Assembly: GCA_049968255.1 (NCBI GenBank) | Contig: JBMFRB010000001.1 | Location: 64,001 to 128,000 of the forward strand | Direction of reading: 5' to 3' | Source of the DNA: Candidatus Sumerlaeaceae bacterium | GTDB lineage: Bacteria > Sumerlaeota > Sumerlaeia > Sumerlaeales > Sumerlaeaceae | DNA length: 64,000 bases | Shown: positions 1 to 9,089 of the stretch, in pieces | Numbering within the stretch: position 1 is the stretch's first letter | Layout: each line of letters starts with the position of its first letter | Notes under the pieces: model-generated | The model's database searches: none | What the model saw: the letters and a program-made list of their open reading frames with translations, nothing else | Told to the model about the DNA's origin: nothing | Position numbers and translations under genes: made by a program

Positions 1-68
1 TTTTGCTCCAGTTGAGAAGAACTCTCGAACGAATAACTATTTCCAATCCAACCAGAAGGACATGTCAG

Positions 69-1604
69 ATGCAAGTTACCACGGAAAACTCTCCGGGGCA
101 GACCTCTTGTTCTCAAAAATGGCTCATTGTATGGGTTTTGGCGCTGTTTGCTTTTGCGGGGGCGCTTTATCTCGCCCGCTTGGGGGCAACGCCCCTGCGC
201 GTGAACGCTGAGATCCGGACTTACGAGATTACGCGGAACATGATCGAGCGCGGCGATTACATCGTACCGGTTTTCCGCGAAGAAACACGTTTTAATAAAC
301 CGCCCTTCTACTATTGGTGCTCGATAGCGGTGAGCCGTCTGGCGGGGAATTTTGGACTCGCAACTCATCGGCTGCCTTCTGTGCTTAGTGCGTTTGGCGT
401 GCTTGGACTGGGTCTGGTGTGGGCTCGAATTCTCCGAGCGGAAAAGGAAACTTTGCTAGGGCTCACTATCCTTGCAGTGACTTATCTTTTTCTAGTCCAA
501 GCACGACGCGGAAGTTTTGAAGTCCTGCTGAGTTTCCTCTGCAATGCCTCGTTGCTCGCCTTCTATCTAAGCAAAGTCCGCAAATCGTTTAGATGGGCAT
601 TGGCAGGCGGCATATTGTGGGGCCTGGCCTTTCTTACAAAAGGCTCGCCGGCCCTCCTCTTTGTGCCCCTCGTGCTTGCAGCGTGGCTCTGGGGGCAATC
701 GAGTTTGACGAAGATTTTCCGGCGCGAGTTGCTGCCAGTTGTTATTGTGGGCGTTTTCATCGCCATGAGTTGGTATGCATACATTCTTGTGTTTCGTCCG
801 GATAGTCGAAGCGATATTCTGGGCGAGGTGCTCTTACCGCTCGGGATCAAAGCTGGGCCAAAAACTACTGCAGAGCACCGTGCCCCGTTCTATTTCTATG
901 CGCTGGGCATCTGGCGTGCTGGTTTTCCGCTTTCGATTTTCTTGCCGCTGACAATTTGGCACATGGTGAAACATAAGCTCTACCCAGCAGCTAGCCCTTT
1001 ACGCCTTTTTGCGCTCACGATGATTATTCCTTTTTTGATCTTCAGCGTCATTCCGATGAAACAGGATCATTATTTGTTGCCTGCCTATCTCCCGTGGGCG
1101 ATCCTCACCGGTCTTGCCATTCACGACGCCGTCCGCGGGATAGTTGGGTTTTCGCGCAAGTGGGTGACCGTTCCCGTGGCCCTTGCTTCAGTCCTGCTAC
1201 TCGTCGCGGGATTTGCTGTCGGCATTGGGACTTACATGGTCTTTGAATCGCTGGTCTACGCGGTACTTGCTGGCACTCTGCTCATTGCCACTGCTGGCGC
1301 AACTCTTTGGTTGGTACGCACTGGACGCTCGCCCCAGGCCATCGTAGCATTGGCCTTTTCCACGTGGGTACTCTTTGGGTGGTACTTCGTGTGGATGCGT
1401 CCCATCGAGGATGGTTTTGGTTCCGGCGCTCTTTTCAGCTCGCCGAGCTATAACGCTCAGTATTGGGAAGCAAAAATTCAGCGCTATCCAATTCTGGGCA
1501 AATTACTCGACTACGATCGAGGATTGAAAAAGGCCAAAAAGGCTTCGCGCGGCGGCGCACAGGGCGTTTTTACTCCTTCGCTTGATGCATCGGGTGAAGA
1601 ATGA
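69..1604 (+). CDS. ArnT/PMT-like (GT-C fold, GT83/GT39) membrane glycosyltransferase
   Basis: Many TM segments; motifs EIRTYEITRNM..GDY, R-FNKPPFYYW, LAFLTKG, KQDHYLLP; ATG at 69 chosen; stop overlaps next ATG (ATGA). Confidence 0.8.
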   Translation: MQVTTENSPGQTSCSQKWLIVWVLALFAFAGALYLARLGATPLRVNAEIRTYEITRNMIERGDYIVPVFREETRFNKPPFYYWCSIAVSRLAGNFGLATHRLPSVLSAFGVLGLGLVWARILRAEKETLLGLTILAVTYLFLVQARRGSFEVLLSFLCNASLLAFYLSKVRKSFRWALAGGILWGLAFLTKGSPALLFVPLVLAAWLWGQSSLTKIFRRELLPVVIVGVFIAMSWYAYILVFRPDSRSDILGEVLLPLGIKAGPKTTAEHRAPFYFYALGIWRAGFPLSIFLPLTIWHMVKHKLYPAASPLRLFALTMIIPFLIFSVIPMKQDHYLLPAYLPWAILTGLAIHDAVRGIVGFSRKWVTVPVALASVLLLVAGFAVGIGTYMVFESLVYAVLAGTLLIATAGATLWLVRTGRSPQAIVALAFSTWVLFGWYFVWMRPIEDGFGSGALFSSPSYNAQYWEAKIQRYPILGKLLDYDRGLKKAKKASRGGAQGVFTPSLDASGEE

Positions 1605-2299
1605 AAATTCTGTTGATCGAAGATTCGCGGCGTCTGCGTGAGGCGTTGGGACACGGCCTTCGGCGTTTAGGTTACACGCTCGTCACAGCAGCTGACGGCG
1701 AGGAGGGATATCGCCTGGCTTCCACGCAGCCGTTTGATATCATCATCCTGGACTTGATGTTGCCAAAGCTCGACGGCTTGTCCGTCCTACGAAAACTCCG
1801 TGCCGAAAAGTGCGATACGAACATTCTCATTCTCAGCGCGCGCGACACCGTGGAGCAGCGAGTTGAAGGACTCCGCAGCGGAGCCGACGATTACCTCGTA
1901 AAACCGTTTTCTTTCGAAGAACTCGTGGCTCGGATCCAAGCCCTAACGCGCCGACGTTTCGGAACACGCTCGCCCCGGATTGTCGTCGGGCCGCTCACAG
2001 TGGATACGGCAGGGCGTGTCGCTTACGTGGACGGAGAACCCGTGGCCCTTACGGCGCGCGAGTTCGCCATCCTCGAGTATTTGGCTTTTCACCGAGACCG
2101 TGTTGTCTCGCGCGCCCAAATCGAAGAGGCACTCTACGAAGATCGATTCGGTTTGGCAAGCAACGCCGTGGAATCGGCTATTTGCCTGCTCCGGAAAAAA
2201 ATTGATCGGCCCGGTCGCCCCTCATTGATTCAAACGCGGCGAGGGCTGGGTTACGTTCTGACTGATGCGCTAGAGAGCGGCGGGGACTCCGAGCCATGA
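1601..2299 (+). CDS. OmpR-family response regulator
   Basis: Receiver ILLIED...DLMLP...GADDYLVKPF; winged-helix LTAREF...IQTRRGLGY. Confidence 0.95.
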   Translation: MKILLIEDSRRLREALGHGLRRLGYTLVTAADGEEGYRLASTQPFDIIILDLMLPKLDGLSVLRKLRAEKCDTNILILSARDTVEQRVEGLRSGADDYLVKPFSFEELVARIQALTRRRFGTRSPRIVVGPLTVDTAGRVAYVDGEPVALTAREFAILEYLAFHRDRVVSRAQIEEALYEDRFGLASNAVESAICLLRKKIDRPGRPSLIQTRRGLGYVLTDALESGGDSEP

Positions 2300-3789
2300 A
2301 AAAACGCCCCTCTCTTCAGTGGCGTCTGTTCGCGCTGGCGTGCGGTCTGCTTCTTTTGCTGGGCGTAGTCAGCGGTTACATCACCTACCGCCTCGTGCGC
2401 CAGAACCTCACGCGTGCCTTTGACCAGGCATTGCGTATGAAAGCGCGCGCATTGCTCTCGTCCGTTCGCAAAGAGTCGAGCGGCAAGCTCGAGCTCGAAT
2501 ATGCGGATGAGATGATGCCGGAGTTTCTCCCCTCGCCTCGCGCGGAATACTTCGAAATCCGCGACGCGCAGGGACAGCTTATCGAAAAATCCCCGTCACT
2601 CGGAGCTCGGGAACTGCAGGCAAAGAAAAGGCATACTCATCGTGCTTATGCGGTGAAAGACGTTCGTTTGCCAGATGGACGTCGTGGGCGTGCCGTGCGA
2701 CTGTGTGGGGTTCCTGCGCAGGAGGAGGACGAGAAAGATGATCGAGCCACGAGTGCGGTCGAAGAGAACATCGTTTGTGTGGTGGTGGCGCGAGAACGCG
2801 AATCGCTGGACCAATCCCTCGCAGTGATTGCTGCTTCCCTTACACTAGGAAGCCTCTTCGTTGCGATAGGCGGCGCCGTAGGGCTAATGCTCGTTGTTCG
2901 GTTTGGGCTGGCACCGCTGCGAGCATTGGCGCAGCGCGTGGAGCAACTCGGTCCCGATGATCTGGATTGCCAACTCACCTCCCCACACTTGCCACAGGAG
3001 CTTGTTCCCATAGCTGAACGGCTGGATCAGTTGTTCGCACGGGTGCGGGAGGCTATCCAACGCGAGCGGCGCTACACAAGCGACGTGGCCCACGAGTTGC
3101 GAACACCGCTGGGAGAACTGCGCGCGACCCTGGAGGTGGCTGCCTGTTGGCCCGACGATCATGCCCTTTTGCGCAGTTCCATCGAACAGGCTCTGGAATC
3201 CGTGGGCGAAGCAGAGACGCTCGTGAACACGCTCCTGGAACTTGCACGTAGGGGGCATGCAGCCGCACCGCCACCCATGCAACCGCTTTGGTTCCGTACC
3301 ATCATCGACGAAGAAATTGGCAAACTTGCAAAACAGGCAGAGGAGCGCGGAATCCGGTTTACTTGGCTACCAGCTGCGCCAACGTCCGATCGCACCATTG
3401 AGGCGCATCCCGATCTGTTTCGGGCCGTGATGCGCAACATCCTTAGCAATGCTGTCGAGTACGCACCCGAGGGAAGCGAGGTTCAGTTGCAGACAAAAGA
3501 ACAGGAAGGCGCCTTCCTTGCGATCGAGGTTTGCAACCAGGCGCCTGAGCTGGAGGCGAAAGACATTGAAGAAATGTGTCAGCCATTCTGGCGCAAGGAC
3601 GCCGCCCGCACAGATCGCCAACACAGCGGGCTCGGTCTTACCATTACCCAATCGCTGTGTAAGGTGATGGGAATGAGGTTGAGCCTAGAGCTCGAATCCG
3701 ATGGCCTGCTCGTTGTCCGTCTTGTGGCCAAGACGGCTGACGGTGACAAGGGGCTTGGGAATCCCCAAGAACATTTCCACACGTGCTAA
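2296..3789 (+). CDS. Membrane sensor histidine kinase (QseC/PmrB/CusS-like)
   Basis: Two TM helices, HAMP, H-box DVAHELRTPL, N-box NILSNAVEY, G-box SGLGL; ATGA overlap with the regulator. Confidence 0.93.
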   Translation: MKKRPSLQWRLFALACGLLLLLGVVSGYITYRLVRQNLTRAFDQALRMKARALLSSVRKESSGKLELEYADEMMPEFLPSPRAEYFEIRDAQGQLIEKSPSLGARELQAKKRHTHRAYAVKDVRLPDGRRGRAVRLCGVPAQEEDEKDDRATSAVEENIVCVVVARERESLDQSLAVIAASLTLGSLFVAIGGAVGLMLVVRFGLAPLRALAQRVEQLGPDDLDCQLTSPHLPQELVPIAERLDQLFARVREAIQRERRYTSDVAHELRTPLGELRATLEVAACWPDDHALLRSSIEQALESVGEAETLVNTLLELARRGHAAAPPPMQPLWFRTIIDEEIGKLAKQAEERGIRFTWLPAAPTSDRTIEAHPDLFRAVMRNILSNAVEYAPEGSEVQLQTKEQEGAFLAIEVCNQAPELEAKDIEEMCQPFWRKDAARTDRQHSGLGLTITQSLCKVMGMRLSLELESDGLLVVRLVAKTADGDKGLGNPQEHFHTC

Positions 3790-4056
3790 AAGACACGTTT
3801 TGTGCAATGCGGCAGCCTGATGTGGATACACAAGCTGTGCGGTTGCACTGACGAGTGGTCCCCGTGGACGTTTTCCGATGGCTTGAATAGGGGCAAGCAA
3901 GCCCAGTAATTGAAGATCAAAGATGCGCTGGGACGGCGCAATCCCGGTGCGCCTCGGACGACGGTTCGGTCCGAACCTGGTCAGGCCCTGACGGGAGCAG
4001 CCATAAGGACGTCTGGCCGTGTGTTCGATGGCGTGCCGGGTTTGGGCCGTCTTTTT

Positions 4057-5247
4057 TTATGGGCTTATGACTGCCGGCTTGACTCGACGCTTGTCCAGAA
4101 ATTCAATAATGCGTTCGACAGCTCGCGCGGCACTCCCTGGCTTGCCAAAGGACTGGCGGATTCGCTCATATTCGGACCGCATGGCCGCGAGCCGCTGTGG
4201 CGAGAGAAGGATATCGAGCGCCTTAGCTGCAATTTTGGGGCCAACGACCTCGTGCTGAAGAAGTTCGGGCACCACTTCCCTACCAGCAACGATATTGACA
4301 AGACTTATCCACGGTGTGCGAACGACAGTACGGGCAAACAAGTAAGTGAGCCAGGAAACGCGGTAGATGACAATTTGAGGCACTCCAGCAAGCGCCAGCT
4401 CCAGCGTGGAAGTACCGCTTTTGCAAATTGCGAAATCCAGCGCTCCACGCACGGAAGCATGATCTTCCAAAGCAACGGCTATCGGGAAATGGCGCCTTGC
4501 CCGCATCGCCTGGGCAACAATGGTGTCATCAACCGTGTGGGCTTTCGGAATGACGAATGCCGCTGAGGGGATGTGCTTCGCGATAGTCCCAGCTGCATCA
4601 AGGAGGGGGCGCAAATGATACTCCCATTCGCTTCGGCGGCTACCAGGCAGCAATCCAATAAGGGTGGCGTCGGGCTTAAAGCCAAGCCATTGGCACACTT
4701 GCGCCTTTGTGCGAGTAGGCGAAGGGGCATCCAGTAAAGGGTGGCCGACGAAATACGTTTCTATCCCCGCTTCGCGGAATAAGGTCTCTTCGAACGGAAA
4801 GATGACGAGGAGGAGGGATACAGCTCGCTTGAGAATCTCAATGCGGGAATAATGCCAGGCCCAAACCTGAGGAGCAATGTAGTAAATTACTGGAATTCCA
4901 AGTCTTGCAGCCTGTTGTGCAAGACGAAGGTTGAAGCCTGGGTAATCGACAAGCACCAAAGCATCAGGCCGCTTGCTCTCGAGCAAAGCACAAGCTTGAC
5001 GAAAGAGCTGCTTGAGCTGAGGATAGTGATAGAGCGCCTGGGTAATTCCAATGATCGGAAAGCCTGAAGCCAGATCGAATTCCAGACGCATCCCAGCGCT
5101 TTCCATCGCCTTTCCACCATATCCAAAGCACTCTAAGTCTGATACTTGTCTCTTTAATATTGATATAAGACGTGAAGCATGCTGATCAGCAGAATGTTCC
5201 CCCGCCACGAACATGAGCTTAAGGGGCTGGGACGATGGGCCGGCCAT
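4057..5247 (-). CDS. lpxB: Lipid-A-disaccharide synthase
   Basis: AGEHSAD, VDYPGFN, YYIAPQVWAW, FVGHPL, LLPGSR, KSGTSTLE, VPELLQ. Confidence 0.96.
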   Translation of the reverse strand: MAGPSSQPLKLMFVAGEHSADQHASRLISILKRQVSDLECFGYGGKAMESAGMRLEFDLASGFPIIGITQALYHYPQLKQLFRQACALLESKRPDALVLVDYPGFNLRLAQQAARLGIPVIYYIAPQVWAWHYSRIEILKRAVSLLLVIFPFEETLFREAGIETYFVGHPLLDAPSPTRTKAQVCQWLGFKPDATLIGLLPGSRRSEWEYHLRPLLDAAGTIAKHIPSAAFVIPKAHTVDDTIVAQAMRARRHFPIAVALEDHASVRGALDFAICKSGTSTLELALAGVPQIVIYRVSWLTYLFARTVVRTPWISLVNIVAGREVVPELLQHEVVGPKIAAKALDILLSPQRLAAMRSEYERIRQSFGKPGSAARAVERIIEFLDKRRVKPAVISP

Positions 5248-5269
5248 AGAGGCAGGAAATCTCTCCCTC

Positions 5270-6241
5270 TCAATAGTCGTTAAAGTATTTTTCTAGTCTT
5301 TCATGAATAAGGCGCGTAATTTCAACTGCTAATTCTAATGCGTCGCGTGCATGTTCCCCCTTGACCATCGGCTCGGTGCCACGTTCAATGCATTCGAGGA
5401 AATGTTGCAGTTCAAGTTTGAGGGGTTCCTGCCTTTTCAGGGTTTCCTTGGTTCGAACAATGGTCACTGTTGGTGTCCCCGGCGGCGCGTTGGGGGTATG
5501 AATCCGCCTGTAGATCTCGACGTCCTGTTCAATGTAGTCGATTGCGATATAGGCGTTGCGCTGAAAGACTCTTATTTTCCGTTTTCGGACGGGCGTCACG
5601 CGGCTTGCGGTCAGATTGGCAATGCAGCCGTTCTCGAAGTGGATCCGGGCATTGGCGATGTCTTCCTTGTCGCCGTAGATACCCACGCCGGCTGCTTCGA
5701 GATAGGTGACGGGCGCATTCACAAGCTGAAGAATGATGTCGAGGTCATGGATCATGAGATCAAGCACGACGCCGACATCCTTGACGCGGGGATCATAAGG
5801 GCCGAGGCGATGCGCTTCGATGAACGCCGGGTTGCGCACAATTTGTTTCAACCGCATGATCGCGGTGTTGAAGCGTTCGATGTGGCCGACCTGGAGGATA
5901 CGCTGCTTTTCGCGTGCCAGGTTGATGAGCGCCTGGGCCTGTTCCACATTGGAAGTGATCGGTTTCTCGACGAGAACATGGACGCCGCTCTCGAGAAAGT
6001 CTCGAGCTATCTCATAATGGAGGACAGTGGGCACAACAATGCTGCAGGCGTCAACGCGTCCGAGCAGTTCCCGATAGTCCGTGTAAGCAGAGGTCTTGTA
6101 CTGCTTTGCTATCTTTTGGGCTGCGCGGGCGTCCACGTCGGCCACGCCCACCAGTTCGCAATTTTCCAATTCCGCGTACACTCGGGCGTGGTGCTGACCC
6201 AAATGGCCCACTCCCACGACCCCGACGCGAATCTTAGGCAT
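5270..6241 (-). CDS. Gfo/Idh/MocA oxidoreductase, GnnA-like (UDP-GlcNAc 3-dehydrogenase)
   Basis: GVGHLGQHH, HVLVEKP, VGHIERFN, DVGVVLDLMIHDLD; immediately upstream of lpxB; ATG at 6241. Confidence 0.8.
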   Translation of the reverse strand: MPKIRVGVVGVGHLGQHHARVYAELENCELVGVADVDARAAQKIAKQYKTSAYTDYRELLGRVDACSIVVPTVLHYEIARDFLESGVHVLVEKPITSNVEQAQALINLAREKQRILQVGHIERFNTAIMRLKQIVRNPAFIEAHRLGPYDPRVKDVGVVLDLMIHDLDIILQLVNAPVTYLEAAGVGIYGDKEDIANARIHFENGCIANLTASRVTPVRKRKIRVFQRNAYIAIDYIEQDVEIYRRIHTPNAPPGTPTVTIVRTKETLKRQEPLKLELQHFLECIERGTEPMVKGEHARDALELAVEITRLIHERLEKYFNDY

Positions 6242-6337
6242 TCGGCTTCCAGATTCTCGGCAAGATTCGTATGATGACTTTGCTACAGCGCCACCCCCAC
6301 GCGGCGTCGTCAAGCTCGATTATCACCGGCAAAACGT

Positions 6338-6628
6338 TCACTGGACCTTGTGGGCGCGAGCACGCTCCTTGAGCATGCGATGCATCCGCCGCCGGCACAT
6401 CGCGCAAAGCTCGAAAACGTAAGCTTCGTAGACTTCGTCCGTGGCCTCCTCCGCATCGAGAAACTCCATCTCTTCGATCAGTTTCTCGATTTGCGCCGTA
6501 TGATCAGCAAGCAGATCGTCAATCGTCAACTCGATTGGTTGCGCTTTAGCGTAAAGCTCGATGCGCAAGACGTAGAGCTGCGCACCCGGTGGCACGTCAG
6601 CCCCGCAGTTTGAGCACTTTCGACTCAT
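6338..6628 (-). CDS. Small hypothetical protein with terminal CxxC...CxxC (putative zinc ribbon)
   Basis: MSRKCSNC...ELCAMC with an acidic helical middle; co-oriented with the gnnA-like gene and lpxB. Confidence 0.65.
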   Translation of the reverse strand: MSRKCSNCGADVPPGAQLYVLRIELYAKAQPIELTIDDLLADHTAQIEKLIEEMEFLDAEEATDEVYEAYVFELCAMCRRRMHRMLKERARAHKVQ

Positions 6629-6719
6629 GCGGTAATTTTGCTGTGCCGAACCGCAAGTTGTCAATGGTTATGGATTTTCTTTGCCACGCCGCAGTCGACC
6701 TCATTAGATTTGAACTCGT

Positions 6720-7127
6720 ATGTCAGCAATGTGGCACTTCGAAAAGCATTTCACGCCAGCGGAAGCGAATTCTCTCATTCCCCGAGTTCGCGAAAACTTC
6801 CGCAAGATTCACACGCTGCTAGGCTATGACTACCCTGGCTGGACGAAGGTGGCCAGTCATGGCAATGGCAATGGCAAGATGTGGCAATTCAAATTGTTGG
6901 CCCAACAGCTGGGACGTCGTGAATGCGAAGACATGGCGGGAGATCTCATTCGGGAATTGGAGGAGCTGGGGATCATTGTGCGGGATTGGCGACGTGGGCT
7001 GGTCGATTTCCCTGCGGTGTGGGCTGGTCGAGAGGTCTTTCTGTGCTACGAATTGGACGACGGCGAGCAGGTGCGGTTCTATCATGGACTGAATGAGGGC
7101 TATGCTGGCCGTCGGCCGCTAAAGTAA
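6720..7127 (+). CDS. DUF2203-like protein
   Basis: FTPAEANSLIP...GLVDFPA..GREVFLC...FYH...GYAGRRPL. Confidence 0.8.
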   Translation: MSAMWHFEKHFTPAEANSLIPRVRENFRKIHTLLGYDYPGWTKVASHGNGNGKMWQFKLLAQQLGRRECEDMAGDLIRELEELGIIVRDWRRGLVDFPAVWAGREVFLCYELDDGEQVRFYHGLNEGYAGRRPLK

Positions 7128-7148
7128 TTTCTTATCGAGGTGACAAGG

Positions 7149-8195
7149 ATGAAAGCAGTTGTTTTCGAGCAGACGGGCGGTCTCGACAAACTGGTGGTGA
7201 AAGAGATGCCGTGCCCCAGGCCAGGGCCCGGCGAGGTTCTTGTGCAGGTGAAGGCCTGCGCTTTGAATCATCTCGACATCTGGGCGCGGCGGGGTGCCTT
7301 CAACGTGCCGCTTCCGATGCCCCATATTTCGGGATGTGACGTGTGCGGGATCGTTGCGGAGGTGGGTGCTGGCGTCGAAGGTCTGCAAGTAGGCGATCGG
7401 GTCATTATTGCTCCCGGCCAGGGATGCGGCCACTGCCCGGAATGCCTGGCTGGCCGCGACTCGTATTGTCCCGACTATAAGATTTTTGGCTTCCAGATTC
7501 AAGGCGGTTATGCAGAATTTACAGTGACTGCCGCGCGGCATGTGATTGCCGTCCCGCGCACGCTGAGCTACGAACAGTGGGCTGCGCTGCCCCTTGTCTT
7601 TCTCACCGCCCACCACATGCTTTTCTCGTGTGGCAAGCTCAAGGCCGGACAAACTGTGCTCATCCACGCCTGTGGTAGCGGCGTCGGCATGGCTGCGATT
7701 CAACTGGCCAAACTCGCTGGAGCCTTCATTATTACCACTTCGGCCAGCGATCATAAATTACAACGGGCGTGCCGCGAACAGGGAGTAGATGGAACAATCA
7801 ACTATAACCGCGACGACCTGATCGAGCATGTCGAGCATCTGACTAACGGCAGCGGCGTGGACCTTGTGATAGACCCGGTGGGACCAGCGGTGTGGGAGAA
7901 AAGCATCGCGGTGTTGCGACGCGGCGGACGTCTGGTAAACTGCGCAGCAACGACAGGCATGGAGGCACAGATTAGCGTTCGTAGCCTTTACGCTAAGCAA
8001 ATTGCACTTGTCGGCTCATATATGGGCTTTCGTTCGGAGCTCGACACAGTGATCCGCCTCGCTGCGGCTAAGAAAATTGAGCCCATCGTTGATTCTACAT
8101 TCCGCCTAGAGAGAGCATGCGACGCACAGGCACGCATGGAGAACCGCGAAAACTACGGCAAAATCGTATTAGTCACAGACTCGACGCTGTGCTGA
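7149..8195 (+). CDS. Zinc-binding dehydrogenase (MDR superfamily)
   Basis: ALNHLD, PHISGCD, structural Zn CGHCPEC...C, GSGVG Rossmann loop. Confidence 0.9.
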   Translation: MKAVVFEQTGGLDKLVVKEMPCPRPGPGEVLVQVKACALNHLDIWARRGAFNVPLPMPHISGCDVCGIVAEVGAGVEGLQVGDRVIIAPGQGCGHCPECLAGRDSYCPDYKIFGFQIQGGYAEFTVTAARHVIAVPRTLSYEQWAALPLVFLTAHHMLFSCGKLKAGQTVLIHACGSGVGMAAIQLAKLAGAFIITTSASDHKLQRACREQGVDGTINYNRDDLIEHVEHLTNGSGVDLVIDPVGPAVWEKSIAVLRRGGRLVNCAATTGMEAQISVRSLYAKQIALVGSYMGFRSELDTVIRLAAAKKIEPIVDSTFRLERACDAQARMENRENYGKIVLVTDSTLC

Positions 8196-8312
8196 TGAGC
8201 ACGCGGCATTTCTCAAGAGTTGACAGCGGTGAGTTCTTTCTCAGGTTGTAACGTCGTTGTGTTGTCCAAGGACAAGACATACGAACTCTGCGATACCAAG
8301 AACGGGTTGCCC

Positions 8313-8828
8313 ATGGTGAATTTGAAAGACTACATACGCGACATCCCAGATTTCCCCAAGCCGGGGATCGTCTTTAAGGACATTACTCCGCTGCTGAAAT
8401 CTGCGGAGGCTTTCCGCGCGACGGTTGATCGGCTTGCCGAGCGCTACAAGGGCAAGGCAATCACACAAGTGGTGGCAATTGAGTCGAGGGGCTTTCTTTT
8501 TGGGGCGGCGCTGGCTTATGCGATAGGCGCCGGCGTTGTTCCCGTGCGCAAAGTTGGCAAGCTTCCCGCAGCCACATTTCGCGAGAGTTACGAGCTCGAG
8601 TATGGCACGGACAGCGTAGAAATCCACCAAGATGCAATCACGCCTCAGGACAAGGTGATCGTGCTCGATGACGTCATTGCCACGGGAGGCACACTAGCCG
8701 CAGCATGTCGGCTCGTGCGTGGGTCGGGAGGATCAATTCACGAAGCAGCAACAATTATTGAGCTCACCTTCCTCAACGGCCGCGAAAAACTCGGTGATGT
8801 CCCTTTCCACTCTCTCCTTTCCTACTAA
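8313..8828 (+). CDS. apt: Adenine phosphoribosyltransferase
   Basis: [30 protein letters not shown] motif [11 protein letters not shown]. Confidence 0.97.
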   Translation: MVNLKDYIRDIPDFPKPGIVFKDITPLLKSAEAFRATVDRLAERYKGKAITQVVAIESRGFLFGAALAYAIGAGVVPVRKVGKLPAATFRESYELEYGTDSVEIHQDAITPQDKVIVLDDVIATGGTLAAACRLVRGSGGSIHEAATIIELTFLNGREKLGDVPFHSLLSY

Positions 8829-9089
8829 TTGAGATGATGCTGCTGCCCTTTTCGCAAGGGCTGGTGATAGCACGGGCGCCCGCCAGCGAGGCGATTTGAT
8901 CCGAGAGCGGTGGCCGCATGCGCAAATTGAAACGGAAAACGTGGCTCCCCGCGCGACGAAGCCTATGAGAGACTCTTTTTCGTGCTCGGCATGAGCGGGT
9001 GGCACTCTTTGCGCCACTCACCTGCCTTACAGGGCATCGATCCTCGGGGGCTTCTGTTGACTACCTGATGCTAACGCACCACAATTGTA

